Positions 50,901 through 64,000 of a stretch of 64,000 nt of DNA are shown here, piece by piece. The stretch covers positions 248,001-312,000 of the forward strand of contig CT868030.1 of the NCBI GenBank assembly GCA_000165425.1. Reading direction: 5' to 3'. Position numbers and translations under genes: made by a program. The notes under the pieces were generated by a model. That model was not told the DNA's origin. It saw only the letters and a list, made by a program, of their open reading frames with translations, and did no database searches. Positions within the stretch are counted from its first letter, which is position 1. Each line of letters begins with the position of its first letter. The stretch comes from Paramecium tetraurelia. Taxonomy: Eukaryota.

Positions 50901-53900
50901 GGATGCAGAATTGGTTAGATAATTCTTACATTAAAAAGGATGGTACTCAAAAAGAGACACTCACTCAATTCTCCAAAAAGTTGAAGACACAACCATTTTA
51001 GCAGCCATGACTCAGTAACATTAGCATAGTGATAGAATGTTAAGATTATGGACAACATTTAAATTTTGTTAAGAAGAAACAATCTATTAAACAATATTTA
51101 ATTAGATGACTCAAGCATTTTAGATGTAACATATAGTCTAAAAGACTTTGTAAGCTTATAAATAAATAAAAGAATAAATAAAAGCAACTCCTTTTAAGGT
51201 GCATTATCAATTTACAATGAGAGATGTTTGGAGAGTGCTTTAGAGTATGTGTACTAAGAAAACACAAAATGAATATCAATGGAATTTCGAAATGGCTAGG
51301 GTGTTTATTGATAGATTGATTTCAAAACAAGATAAGATCTTAGCATAATCAATAATTGGAGTAGATGCAGTGTAATTTTGTGAGTTTTCTAGTGGATACA
51401 ATGATCACTCATATAAGGCAGTAAATGATTTGGATACTTTGTTATAATTAATGAAAGAACAATTTTAGAAATAAGGAATTACAATATATGAGGATGCATT
51501 GAAATCATTGATTGCAATATCGAGAGTATTAGGACTGCAATCAGGACACTTAGTAATATTAGGTTAGGTGGGCACAGGAGGAGTGCAATTATCCAAATTG
51601 GCAGCCTTAATTTAAGAGAATGAATCTCCTCAGATTGATAGATGGAAGGATGATTTGAGAAATATAATTAAGAAATGCATTATGGAGAATAAGAAGATGA
51701 CTATAATTATAGATGATTAAAGAAATACTCATAATTAACCATAAATTTATTAAGACATAAGTACTCTATTGAATTCAGGTGACCTTGACATATTTAATAG
51801 ACAAGAATTAGATGATCTTCATTCGATATTCTAAGAATAAGCAGTCTAAGAATAGAAGGATTCTAAAATTAACCTCAAAATTTTGCTACATAAACTCTAT
51901 GTTAATAGATTGGTTAGGAATTTGCATTGCATAGTTTGTATAACATCTACCATTAAATTCCGACATTATCCAAATCTTATCAATTGTTCTACAATTCTTG
52001 CTCTATAGTAATTGCCAGATCAGGCATTGCTTAGCATTGCCTAAATGTAATTAAAACATTTGGATATCAATCAAAAATAACTAAGTGAATTATTCAAATT
52101 TTTCCATTAATCTGCTTAACTTATTGACAACCATTAAAAAATTCAAACTGTTACTTCAATTCATTTTTCAGATCTCATTTTCACATTCAATAAACTATAT
52201 CAATAGAAAACAACTGAATTATAATCCAGGATTACTCGTATAAAAAATGGACTCTCCAAAATATTAATTGCCAACGAAACTATTACTGAATTAAAAAAAG
52301 AATTACTTGAAATTACCCCTGAGATTGAGAAATCATAATAAGAGAGTTCAAGAATGATGCAAAAATTAAAATAAGAAAAAGATTAAGCTTTTTATTAGGA
52401 ATCTTTATTAAGTGAAGATGAAACACAAGCCAATGTTTAATAAATCTAAGCAACTAAATTAGCCAATGAAGCTACCTAAGCAGTAAAGGAAGTTAATCTC
52501 TTATTAGATTAAACCCTATAGGATGTATCGAAATTGAAAAAAGAACATTTAATAGAAATCAAATCATTGGGAAAACCACCAAAACCAGTAGTGATTATCT
52601 TAACAGGAGTAGTCATTCTAAATTTAGATAACTTACGATAATACATTACTTAGCCACTTACTTAATTATCAAACCAAGAATACTTTGAAATTGCTAAGAA
52701 ATATTTGTTGAATGATCCCAAAGAATTATTGGAGTTAATAAGAAATTATGACAAAAATAATATCAATCCCTATAATATTAATAGACTTGAGAAGATTGTA
52801 CTGTCAGAAGCAGACTTTACATTCGAAAGAGCAAAACAATGTTCAGCTGCAGTTAAATATTTGTACTCTTGGGTCAAAGCCATGTATGAATATAATAAAG
52901 TTTACATTGAAACTAAACCACTGAGAGAAAGACTAATTGAAGCCTAAAAATAATTGAAAGACAAAACTGATATTTTAAATGAAAAGAAATCGCAATTAGC
53001 AATTGTATTTCAAAAAGTCAAGGTCCTATAAGAAAAATATGATTAATAAACATAGAAATGCGAAATTCTTAATAAATAACTTGAGGAATCATCAAGTAAA
53101 TTATAACGTGCCATAGGATTAACGTAAGGATTAGAATAGGAACAATAAAGATGGTCTCAATAAATTAATGTATTAGAGAATTCTCTAAAAAGTGTCCTGG
53201 GAGATTGTGCAATAGCAGCTGCATACTTGAATTACTGTGCTCCACTTTCAGAACAATTAAAATACTAATTATTACAGTAATGGTCCAAGTAAGTTAAAGC
53301 TAAAATTGGATATGAAAATCATCCTCTATAGTTTTTGAATCCTTCCTAAATCTAAGACCTGCATTAAATCAATTCAATATTTTTACAACATACAATTAAA
53401 CCTATTCTATGCATTGATCCACAATGTTAGGCAAATGAATATATTCGAAATAATAATTCAGTCATGGATGTCAATGATTAACATTAATTTGAAGTTGCGC
53501 TTTCATTAAAATAAAGTATTCTTATTGAAAATCTAAACACTATACCAGATTGGTTAACTGAATATGTTAATAACAATCCTCATCCAAAAGTTAAAATCTT
53601 TGTTACCACAATGCAATATAACTTTTAGATGACTTCATTGAATTATTCATAATTTTATGTTATCAATTTTTAGATTACTAAACTGAATGCTGAAGAATTG
53701 ATCTTGAATTAAATTGTTAATACTCAGAATCCAGAATTATATAAACAATAAGTAGAATTAAAGTAGATGGAATTCAAAAATGAATAGAAATTAAAGTAAA
53801 TAGAAGATACAATCCTTTCTATTTTAAATGTTGAAAACATCAAAGATTTACTCAATTAGGAAACATTAATAAATCAACTTTCTCATTCAAAGAAAACATT

Positions 53901-56094
53901 TAATGAAATACAATTGGCTCAATCGGAATTCCAATAAATATAAAAGGATCTGGTAACCACCAAACACTAATATAAATAGTTAGCATCTAAAATAACAGAC
54001 TTATATTTCATCTCTCAAGATATGTAATGTTTAGATCCTATGTATTAATTTTCATTAGAATGGTTCATTACTTAGCTTCTCTATACAATTTAAAATACTA
54101 ATAATCTAAAGCTTATTTTTTCTAATTTCCGTTTAAGATATTATTCTTGCTTGAGTAGAGTTCTAACTGAACGTCACAGATAGGTTTTAGCATTTCTATT
54201 GGCCAAATAATGTTTGGTATCTGTCGATCAGGATGATTGGTAAGCCTTTATTGGATATACCAAATTGAGAAATGAAGATTTTTAAGTTAAAATAAATCCA
54301 TTTTCATGGATAGACAATGCCAATTATCAAAGAATTTGTTCTGAATTAAATCATTTCTAATTGGTAACAGCAAAAATACTAATTAACAATTTTGAATAAA
54401 TTAAATAATTTTATTTAAGTAAGAAATTCTAAGAATCAGAAATACCTCATATCGAGAGATTAGATGAAATGCAAAGAATATTTATAGTCAAAGCGATTCG
54501 ACCTGATTACATTTAGATTATGGTCAAATAATTTATAATCCGAATGCTAGATTTCGACATAGACAAGGTCTAATAAATTCCACTTGACATTACATTTAAT
54601 GAAAGTTCACACACTAAGATATTGCTTTATGTGCTTTAAAATAATTAAGACCCAATTGAATAAATCAAAGATTATGCAGTTAGTAAAAATTTCATTAAAA
54701 AATTATGGACTTTATCTTTGGGTTAGGGTTAAGGAAATAAAGCAGAGAGACTTATAAGAGAGGCTGCAGAATAAGGATTATGGATTGTAATCTAGAATTG
54801 TCATTTACATTAACAATGGCTGAATGAATTAGATAAATTAATTATGATTGAATCACATGCAGATTACAGATTGTGGTTAACATCTAAATCGATAGTATCA
54901 TTTCCAGGAAGAATCTTACAAAAAAGTGTGAAATTAACATATAATACGAATGACGAGAAGTAAATAGAAATGACAGATATTGCTAAATTTCATTTTGGAT
55001 TATTAAATTTTTGCAAACTGGGATTGTTGGGTTTTAATAAAAAATATTAATTTACTTAATATGATTTAAATATCACTTAAGAATAAAGCAATAAGATAGA
55101 TGTAAGTGATTAATTAAAGCCAATAGCTTTGAGTTACATAACATCATAATTACATTACGGAGGTCATATTGTAGATGAATAAGATTAAATTATTCTCAAT
55201 AAATTATCATGCTATTATCTAATAGATAAAGTCAGCCCAGTAAATAGCAATCTTATATAAATATATGTTGGAGAATAAATGTGTCAAGAATTTGTGAATG
55301 ATCTCCTCTACAAAGAGTATGGACAAATAGATCAAATAAATGATGAAATCAACAAAACTATTTAATATTTAAACTCAAATTTACCAAAATAGATTATCTT
55401 TGAAAATTCTAGGAATCATAAACTAGATCCATTTTTAGTTTAAGAGATTTTACTCATAAATTAGCTGATTGAGATGATATAGGAATCTATCGCTTTGATC
55501 TAGAGAATTTTAGCAGGAGATTCGTCCCCTAATACAATGATAGCTGAAGACATAAAGTTTTAGAGAGTACCATAAGAGTGGATGGATATTGGATTCAGAA
55601 GTGATAAGAAACTTGGTTAATGGTTTTAAGAATTTTTGAAGAGAGTGAACTTTATTAATAATTGGAATGATTAAGGAATACCAAATGCAATATGGTTGGG
55701 AGGATTGATGAAACCTAATAGTTTTTTAATGTATGCAAAATATAGTGAGGAATGTTTAAACAAAAAATCAATATATACTATTTTGGATAGTATACAATTA
55801 GACCATATAACCAACTGTCCATCTAATGGTTATTATCTCTATGGATTAACTTTACAAGGAGCAAAATGGAATTAAAAACAACACATATTAGTAGAATCTA
55901 ATTCAATGTTAAATGAGTTTCCCATTTGTTATTTGAATTACAAAGAGGATGATGAATATTAATTATTCTATTCATGTCCATTGTATAGATTGATAGACAG
56001 GAAAGAGTTGATCGCATTCATTCCGATGCCTTGTGACACAAGCAGAGAATGGATATTGAGTGGAGTTGCAGCTTTTATTAATATTAATATATGA
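44982..56094 (+). CDS. Divergent axonemal (inner-arm-type) dynein heavy chain, about 3,694 aa
   Basis: [50 protein letters not shown], stalk/MTBD, SLGQGQG, WILSGVA*; one 28-nt intron at 46605-46632 restores the frame. Confidence 0.93.
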
Positions 56095-56495
56095 ATAAAA
56101 CTTAAGTATTAAAATCTCTTGTGTTAAGACAACCAAAAGAAAATTTGAAAAGACTGCATCCAGTGGCATAATAAAAGAGAGAGCAATACTCTTAAGTCCC
56201 AGAACCATTGCAATATAAAACTAGGGAAGAGTCTCCATTCAGAGTATTGAGATCTTAAAATGGAAATCTTCCAGTATACAAAAAATATTTTGCGAGAAGT
56301 GAAGTACCGAGAACAGTAGTAAGACACATTGAAGGAGATGTGAATGAATTCATCAAAGAATTAAGAAAAGTGTGTTCAAATGCCGATGTAATTGAGAAGG
56401 TATAAGATGAAACATTAGATTAGGTTGGAAGAGTTGAAGTAAATGGAAGTCATACAATAAGTGTAAGGAAATGGTTGACATAAATAGGATTCTGA
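56091..56495 (+). CDS. MRPL49: Mitochondrial ribosomal protein mL49 (Img2)
   Basis: PFRVLRSQNGNLPVY..TVVRHIEGDV..VGRVEVNG..VRKWLTQIGF*; one intron at about 56400-56423. Confidence 0.88.
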
Positions 56496-56556
56496 GATTA
56501 ATATAAGACAAATATTATAATAAATTTATGGGTGTTTTTCTATTTTGATATAATTT

Positions 56557-57651
56557 TCAATTGCAATCTAAGCATTCCTATTCCTGCATTAACTATTGAA
56601 TATCAATGGATCGATTGATTCTAACAATTTGCTCTTTTTCTCCTTGAATTAGGTTGATCCACTCAGGATATATGAACATTAACTCATTTACGATACTCAA
56701 AATTCCATTATTGGAATTCAAATCAAATTTTTGTTTGATCAAGTACTTTTCCACATTCATCAAATACATATTTGATACATCTCTAAGTTGAAAATATTGC
56801 TATAATTATTTAGCAATCTATCTTAAACTATTGCTTTTTTAGCATTCCTACTGATCCTATCCTTAGAGTTTTGTACTTTACTAGATATTCTAAATATTGG
56901 GCAGAGGAAATAACTCAATACACTCTCCTTTTTTTTATATATAATTCAGCAATTTCTGTTGAAATGTGATATTCTTGTCTTCATTTTAATCAAATTACTA
57001 ATCATTAATTCCCACTTCTAAACTAACTTTATCATTCTTGCTATGTTTCCAAGATAAAAAAAAAGCATCGTTCCAAATTGTTAAAAGTTGCTGTAAAAAT
57101 TGGACTTTAAATTCTATTTGATAATCCTATTTAAATTAAATAACTATTTCTTAAAAGGCTAAAGTTTAATTGATTAATATTTTATTTAAATTCAGGAACA
57201 TCTTGCATAATAATTGGTATTTGGAAATGGTCAGCAATTATTAAATGGATTTAATACTATCAAGTCTCTCAAATCTTTATCTCAAAGGTCCTTTAAATAG
57301 TATTCTTGAAATTGCAATAGCCGATTCTCTCTTTTATTCTAGCTTTACCATCTTTTTATAATTTTCAAATTATTCTATGCTATTTATCGTTAGCGAGTCC
57401 TCTTATAAACCTTTGATTAATAATTATATAAAAATGTACTCTTATTTTTGGTCATACCTTTTTAAACCAAGCATTGCACACTGCTCTTTTCTTTTGCTTC
57501 TTTTTTCTCTTTTTTAGTGAACTGTTAAGCATAATCACTGTTTTCACTTTGATTTACTCCAATTCTCGACTAACTCATAAGATTATTTTAATATCTTATT
57601 TTAATATCTCTTCCACAAGACCCAACAAATAGTGAAAATTATAATGTGCAT
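56557..57651 (-). CDS. Hypothetical protein (short hydrophobic N-terminus, coiled coil)
   Basis: ATG at 57651 (MHIIIFTICWVLW); Lys/Gln-rich frames; exon structure uncertain. Confidence 0.4.
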
Positions 57652-57660
57652 TTAAAAAAT

Positions 57661-58599
57661 TCAAAATCTAGGCTTGAAAATAGCATAATATTTCTGTTCA
57701 CCATAATACATTTCCTCCTTCTCTTCTATATTCATATATTTGCATTCATCTCCTGTTAGTCTCTCCTAAACCGATTTATAGAAGTTTATCACATGTGGTT
57801 TCTGATTCTCCTTCTTCATAAACTAAAAGATCATATACCAACAATTACATCTAAAATCCCATTAATGGGCACCCATCTATAATCCATCAACTCTTAATCA
57901 CATATCTTTATCTATTACTCGTCTAAACATTTCAATCTAAATGCAAAGTATAGGTCAGTCTTCCCGTATCTTGCATCATGCATCTCTCTAAAATACAATA
58001 CATCCTCCACTTTACACTAATATTATATATATTAATTCATACATCTAAATTAGTTTCCTCTTTGACTTCTCTTAACACTGCCTAAATTATTGATTCCTTT
58101 TGGTCCACTAATCCTCCTGGAGTTCCCCAAGCACCCTTTCTTTACCCATTCTTTTCTTGAACAAGTAATATGCTATCACCCTTTACAACTATTCCACCAA
58201 CTCCAACATAATGGGTTGATTAGTCAGGCAATCTGCTTTTGCAATCTGGCAGCCATTTTGAAAATTGCAAGATATTTGCAGATACTCTGTGCATCTTAAA
58301 TCCTTATTCAATTAAAGTCTATTGAATATGTATTTTATACAGGAGCTAATCGCAATTAATCCTTTTAAAGGTCAACCCAAATTGCTGTGTTATTATTAGA
58401 TTTGCTCTTTTTTATAAAGTCGATTAGATGCTATTTAAACAAAGTTGGATTATTTATGTATTAATTTAAATTGCTCTTTCTGATATGATTTGCTTATTTA
58501 CATATGACATCCTTTGTATGAATCAATTATCACGTTGTCAAAATTACTTATTTTTCCAAACGAATGGGCAAGCAGCATTGCACTCATAATTTTTTTCAT
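57661..58599 (-). CDS. Nudix hydrolase, NUDT6-like
   Basis: KWLPDCKSRLPDQSTHYVGVGG..LLVQEK..PGGLVDQKESIIQAVLREVKEETNL Nudix box. Confidence 0.9.
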
Positions 58600-58893
58600 T
58601 TTTAATAATTATTTATTACAATAATACTCTGCACATCTGCATTTAAAAAGGTAGATACATTATTTGTTTAATAAGTTTGAATTCTTTTTCATTTAAACTT
58701 GCATTTTTAGTTTAGGATATACATTTTTAAATTGAGAATTACTTTTCAATTCATCAATCCTACTTGAATATTATCAAGTGATTCCTATATAAAATTTATA
58801 TGCATTATATTTAAAGGGGTATAAAATGAAGGAACAAAGTATGAATGTAAAATAATAAATAAAATAAGATCTTTATAAATAATAAATAAAATT

Positions 58894-59295
58894 ATGGAAG
58901 AATAACGCAAGAGATTAAACTCTTCAATGACTTATGAAGAATATGTTAGCACCTTTGATAAGGCACCAAAAAAACCTTGTTTGAAGCCAAAATAAGAACC
59001 AGATGTTGGAATGGAGGATCTAGATTTGCTTAGTGATGCCTAAACTGATATAGTAAGTAAAAGCTCTATAAGCTTTTAGCCTCAAATCAAAAATAAAATA
59101 TACTGCGACCCTAATACTGTTATTTAAGAAGTTGAGGAAGATGGCAAAACACCTGTAGTTTGGGTAGATTAATAACTTACTCCGAGCCCAATGAAAAAGG
59201 CAAGGTAAAGAACATAAAGCGAGAATATATAATTTACTTTTATAAGTTTTGTTGAAAGAGGAATTGAGAGAAAGGGATCACGAAAGTTTGAATGA
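58894..59295 (+). CDS. Hypothetical protein, 133 aa
   Basis: Clean intronless ATG-to-TGA frame with coding-like composition. Confidence 0.7.
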
Positions 59296-59339
59296 ATAAA
59301 TTTTGTGCTTAAATATTTTTATTATTTATGAATAGTCCT

Positions 59340-62124
59340 TTTTAGGACAGATCAAATAAAATGATGAGCACTAAAACTCTCATGCGCCTATATTGATATT
59401 CAAATAAGTAAAAGTCAAGCAAAATATATAAAACAAGAATGAAATGCATTTTTAAATGAAATGTAAATATACTACATGTTGACTGAAAAAATAGTAAATT
59501 TAAAACTTTAAAATATCCACAAATCACGTTTTAACAATTATCTATATGATCTCTCTACAAATTTTATCAATAATATTTGTGTTGCATTGAAATCGACGAA
59601 ACCTAATTTATTTAAATACATATAACATTATTAAACTATATCTAGAATAGACTATTAATTAACAGTTAATAATAGCATATTTTTGTTATCAAAATGAATT
59701 ATTGAAAATAGGACTTCTTGTGACGAGAATCTTTGGGAAAATTAGAATACTTGAAGATCAATTTCAATTTTAACTCAAAAATTTTTATATTAAAGCTAAA
59801 ATAAATTATTCATTGATAAGGTTTCATTCGAGACCTTTGGTTGCAATAAGGACAAATCTGTTTGTTGTCATTTGACAATTCTAACCATTAATTTAAGCAT
59901 TTTTTATGAAATTGATGTTATCCTGCACAAAAATACTAACCTATGTGATCTTTGAATTTGAATGAATCAGAACATATTAAACATTACACTTTGGTAATTT
60001 CAGTCTGCTCCTTGCATTAATAAATTTATAGCGATTGAAATTATTCCTCCTCTTTGATACATTTCTTTAGCCAATTATCTAAATATAATTTTATAATCAT
60101 TTTAAAAAAGTGAATGGAAAACGAAATATTTAATGAATTTCTATTTAAAAATACAATATTTATTATACATAACAGCATGAAATTCTTAATTAGAACTAGT
60201 AAAGGAGTTCCAAACTACTAACCAAATTCCTAAAACTTATAGCATATTGATAAATTATTGTGTTGAGTTTAGATAGGCATTCAATTTTTATTTTTAAAAT
60301 GATTTCAATTAATTTTTACAATCTTTCCTGCTGCTATTTTTATTTAAAACTATCACTTAAGGTATAATGATAGCATAAAGAATCGATACAACTAAACTTA
60401 GAATAAAAATCAAAAATAAATATGAGCTTGGAAAACATGCAAATGTAAATAGTAAATTTCCATTTATCGTGTTATAAACATAATAAAAGCAAATGCATAA
60501 TCCATGCGTTAAATTTAAACTATGATGATATATCAAGTACAATCTATACTGTTTTGGGGCTTTTAAAAACTTTTCTATGTTTTACATAATCAATTATTAA
60601 AATTTTCATATACTTTATTTCTTAAAAATACAATCTATGACAATTTAACTATAAAAAATATTATTAATAAATAAATACTAATAGTTGTGATAAGTTTTAA
60701 AATATTTAATTCAATTTTATATCTATAATTTTTGCAATTTAAGCTGACTAAAGTTTTATTAGATTTTTATCAGGTGGTATTTATTGCTTAAACCTAATTT
60801 TTAGAATTTCAGAGTTTTCGTTAAGGAAAGTGAAATTTATTCAACAGATTTGTCTTTAGAGGCATTACTAGTTTGATCTTTATTTTCAAATATATTACTA
60901 AAAATTCTTTTCTTCTCTATATCGTTAAAAGGGAATTTCATTGATTTACCACATAAGACTAATTGACTTTAAAACATGTCGTGTTCATTTCTAATTTAAC
61001 TTTCTCTAATTTTTTATTCCCTTGTTTTTGATGAGGTTAGTACAATGTTTTTAAGATGATTTAAGATTTCGCCTTAAGATTCCATACCAATTGAATTACC
61101 TATGTAAGGCTCTTTGTCAGTTTGAAATCCATCTTAAAATGTTCTTGAATTTCTACCTTCATTTTCTTATTTGCTAAATCTGATTTTATGAAATATATTT
61201 CTTTTGCTTTTCTTCGATTGTTTTCTCGAGGGTAAACGATGTACCGAACATATTATTTGCTTCTCAAAAGTAGATGATAGCTATTAGTAATTTTTGAAGT
61301 AGAATTTTGCAATTCTTTTGTAAAGAGCATAATTTTGGTCATTTAAGATTTTCCAAATTTTTTCATATCTAAATAAAGTAATTTCTTGAGTGCTTTCAAT
61401 TGGAATAAACACATTTTTGGTTTTTGTTAAACAACAAACGTAGCTTTTAAAACCTGATGTTAAATACTCTTTTGTTTATTCATCTAAATTCATGATATCA
61501 TATGGATCATTTTTTTAGGAAGGCTTATTTTACAAATAATAAGTTAAGTGTATATGATTTAAGTATTCCAAACTCTAGATTGGATCTTAACAAAACTTCT
61601 CGTTTCTATTTGTTATTAAATCGGTTCTAAATAATATAAATTAGAATACTATAATGCTTCATTTCTATTTATGGATTTAACTAAAGAATTAATCTAATGA
61701 ACAAGCCTTTCTTTCTACAAATTGATAATTATTTGTATGATTTCAGTTGAACTCATTGCAGTATTGCCAGCTATTTTAAATAATTAGTTCCTTTGCATTG
61801 GTAAAAATTATTTTCTTTAACTGAATATTGGAAAGTATAACTATTTACATGTCTTAATACTTGCAATTTTTAGTAATAATAACCTTGAATTTTTATATAT
61901 TTTTTCACTATTTTCATTAAGAATTTTCTGGGCTCAGAATAATTTAATAATGTTTGTGATTCTATTTAAATTCTCCTCTACTCCACTCTCAATATCCTGC
62001 ACTATAATTTTTACTCTAAATTCAATCGGTCATTACTAGACATTGAGTTTATCTGTGCCTCCAAAATTTAAAGGTGAAATATATATTCTTACCTGCTAGC
62101 TAATATTAAAATTATAGAATTCAT
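59340..62124 (-). pseudogene. Degenerate or unresolved membrane-protein gene(s)
   Basis: Hydrophobic TM-like frames (60357-60542, 59342-59527) plus hydrophilic frames that switch phase, with internal TGAs. Confidence 0.3.
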
Positions 62125-62282
62125 TATATATTTTAATAATATTTCTGAATAATAATTACAAACAAGCACTCCAAAACTATTTATTAGAATGCTTATATTA
62201 GATTCACAAACTATTGATTATATATACCAAATATAAATTTAACTTTTAATTAACATTTAATATTTTGTTAACATAATAACTA

Positions 62283-62752
62283 ATGGTAATTTGAATGTCT
62301 ATATAATTAGCAAAGTGAATTCCCTGAGAGAGCCCAGCCCTTAGCTAATGAAGAAGTAGAACCTTAAATTCTAGAACTTGCATAATAAGCAGCTGCCTTA
62401 AAATAAGTAATATTCTTCACAATTAATAGTTAAAAAAAGGAGCCAATGAAACCACCAAAACATTAAATAGAGGTATTGCAGAATTAGTCATTATTGCTGC
62501 TGATACAACTCCATTAGAGATTGTTCTTCATTTACCATTATTATGCGAAGATAAGGTATTCAAAATTTTGACCCATAATAGAATGTCCCTTATGTTTTTG
62601 TCAAGAGCAAGGTAGATTTGGGTAGAATGTGTGGTACTAGTAGAAATGTTGTTGCATGCTCAATTATCAAGGATAAAAACTCAAGAATTAATTAAAATAT
62701 CACATACCTTAAGGATTTGTGCGAAAGACTCCAAATCAATCAGGAGGCATGA
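62283..62752 (+). CDS. SNU13: SNU13/15.5K (L7Ae family)
   Basis: [50 protein letters not shown]; three introns, the first directly after the ATG. Confidence 0.95.
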
Positions 62753-63613
62753 TCATTATAAAATATGTACATTAAAAATCAATATAAATACTTTGTAGAT
62801 TGCAACAGAAATATCATTTTATTCTTTAACTATTGTTTAATTCTACTGCATTATTTTATACTTATGTTAATAACTTGGTTTAGAGTTCCTCTATCATGAT
62901 TTCAAGTCAAAAGTTTATTTATGTTTAAAACGTTAAGTTTTTGGTTTTTGTAATGGACATCTCCAAAAAATACTCCACTGTTTGGACTGAATAATTAATA
63001 TACCAACCTAATTCAGTTCCTGCTAAAACCATGACAATTATTATTCTGAAATATATGTAAATTTGATATTATTGTTTAAGATCTATATTTATTTCAATTA
63101 ATTCTATTATAGTAATTTGAAAACCACCCTTGTTAAGTTAAATTAAATAATCTAATTCAAGTAAAATATTTTTATTAAAATTCTTGAATTATTTTCTAGA
63201 ATAAATTATCTGTGGGTCAATTTATAAGTTATAGTTAAGACTATTCTTTTTATTTAATTAAATCTTCTGTCTTAACTTGGAAGTTCGACTTTTACTGTTT
63301 TATTTACATTTTGTATTTTTCATTACAGTAGCAATGTAATGCATTTTTGAATATTACTCACAGAATACAAATTTATTTTATGTTGTTCAGATTTCATTTT
63401 TCCTTAAACGCCTTTTTATATCTATAATTGTCATCTAAAAGAACTTTTTTTCCTTTTTTTCTCAGGTTATTTAATGCATTTCTGGTCGATAGCCTTAAAA
63501 ACGATGAGTAGATAAACATCCAACATTTAGAGAATGATTATAATAAAGTTTTAATTTATAATCTAGGATTGAACCTTAAATTCAATTATTTGCTTAGAAT
63601 TGAAGTATTCAAT

Positions 63614-63620
63614 AAAAAAA
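63614..63620 (-). terminator. Pol III oligo-T terminator of tRNA-Leu
   Basis: T7 immediately after the discriminator base. Confidence 0.75.
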
Positions 63621-63701
63621 TGTTGACGGCGAGGTTTCAACTCGCGCCCTTATCGGACTGGATCCTTAATCCAGCGCTTTAGACCACTCAGCCAATTCAA
63701 C
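63621..63701 (-). tRNA. tRNA-Leu(AAG), structurally degenerate
   Basis: TGGCTGAGTGG A box, CTGGA-TTAAGGA-TCCAG anticodon arm, long variable arm, GCGAG/CTCGC T stem. Confidence 0.85.
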
Positions 63702-63773
63702 TTGTAATTTTAGGTTGATTGTGAATATAATTTAACCGTCAAAACTCAATAATTTATTTATTAATTGAATATA

Positions 63774-64000
63774 ATGTTAACATAAAGTGTTCAGGGTTAA
63801 TTTTAAGGCCCAAGATTAAGTGCAGGAGTTGGTTAAAATTTGCAAATGGGATATGGGGTAATTCAACCCAATTTTGGACTTTAATCATAAAATTCCTAAT
63901 AAACTTTTATGCCTTTAAGTACTCCATTGCCATACCCTGGTGTTGGGTAATTAAAAGGATCGATGCCTTTATAATATTCAATGCCAATTTAGGGGGTGAA
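63774..64000 (+). CDS. 5' part of a Q/G/P-rich protein
   Basis: MLTQSVQGQFQGPRLSAGVGQNLQMGYG...; frame stays open to the window end. Confidence 0.6.

Overview
AT-rich, gene-dense eukaryotic DNA read with the ciliate genetic code (TAA/TAG = Gln, TGA the only stop) and 20-30 nt GT..AG introns. This is the signature of a Paramecium (probably P. tetraurelia-like) macronuclear scaffold. The supplied standard-code ORF track therefore fragments nearly every gene, so I re-translated by eye with code 6. About 30 genes are present: a serine carboxypeptidase 3' end, two tandem single-Myb paralogues flanking an N gap, a Tctex-type dynein light chain, CHCHD2/10, NKAP, a Cys-rich GPI-type surface protein with TGTS repeats, an F-BAR-like/TBC RabGAP, cytochrome c, a multi-reader CHD remodeller, VPS16 (two frameshifts), a DBP2-like helicase, a CRC/tesmin protein, an MsrB-like protein, Kelch-BTB, phosphatidylserine synthase, FAM135-like, a MORN-SAM-TKL kinase, a large PAS-type membrane protein, a divergent dynein heavy chain, mL49, NUDT6-like, SNU13 and a degenerate tRNA-Leu(AAG). 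Most notable: (1) a CHD with a bromodomain-like insert splitting chromodomain 2, an NSD-like PHD array and a CCCH GATA-like finger; (2) an ATGA stop/start overlap between dynein HC and mL49; (3) divergent genes whose ATGs are 4 bp apart; (4) an apparently catalytically dead MsrB. All family calls come from motif recognition, not database searches. No CRISPR array, transposon or prokaryotic system was seen.
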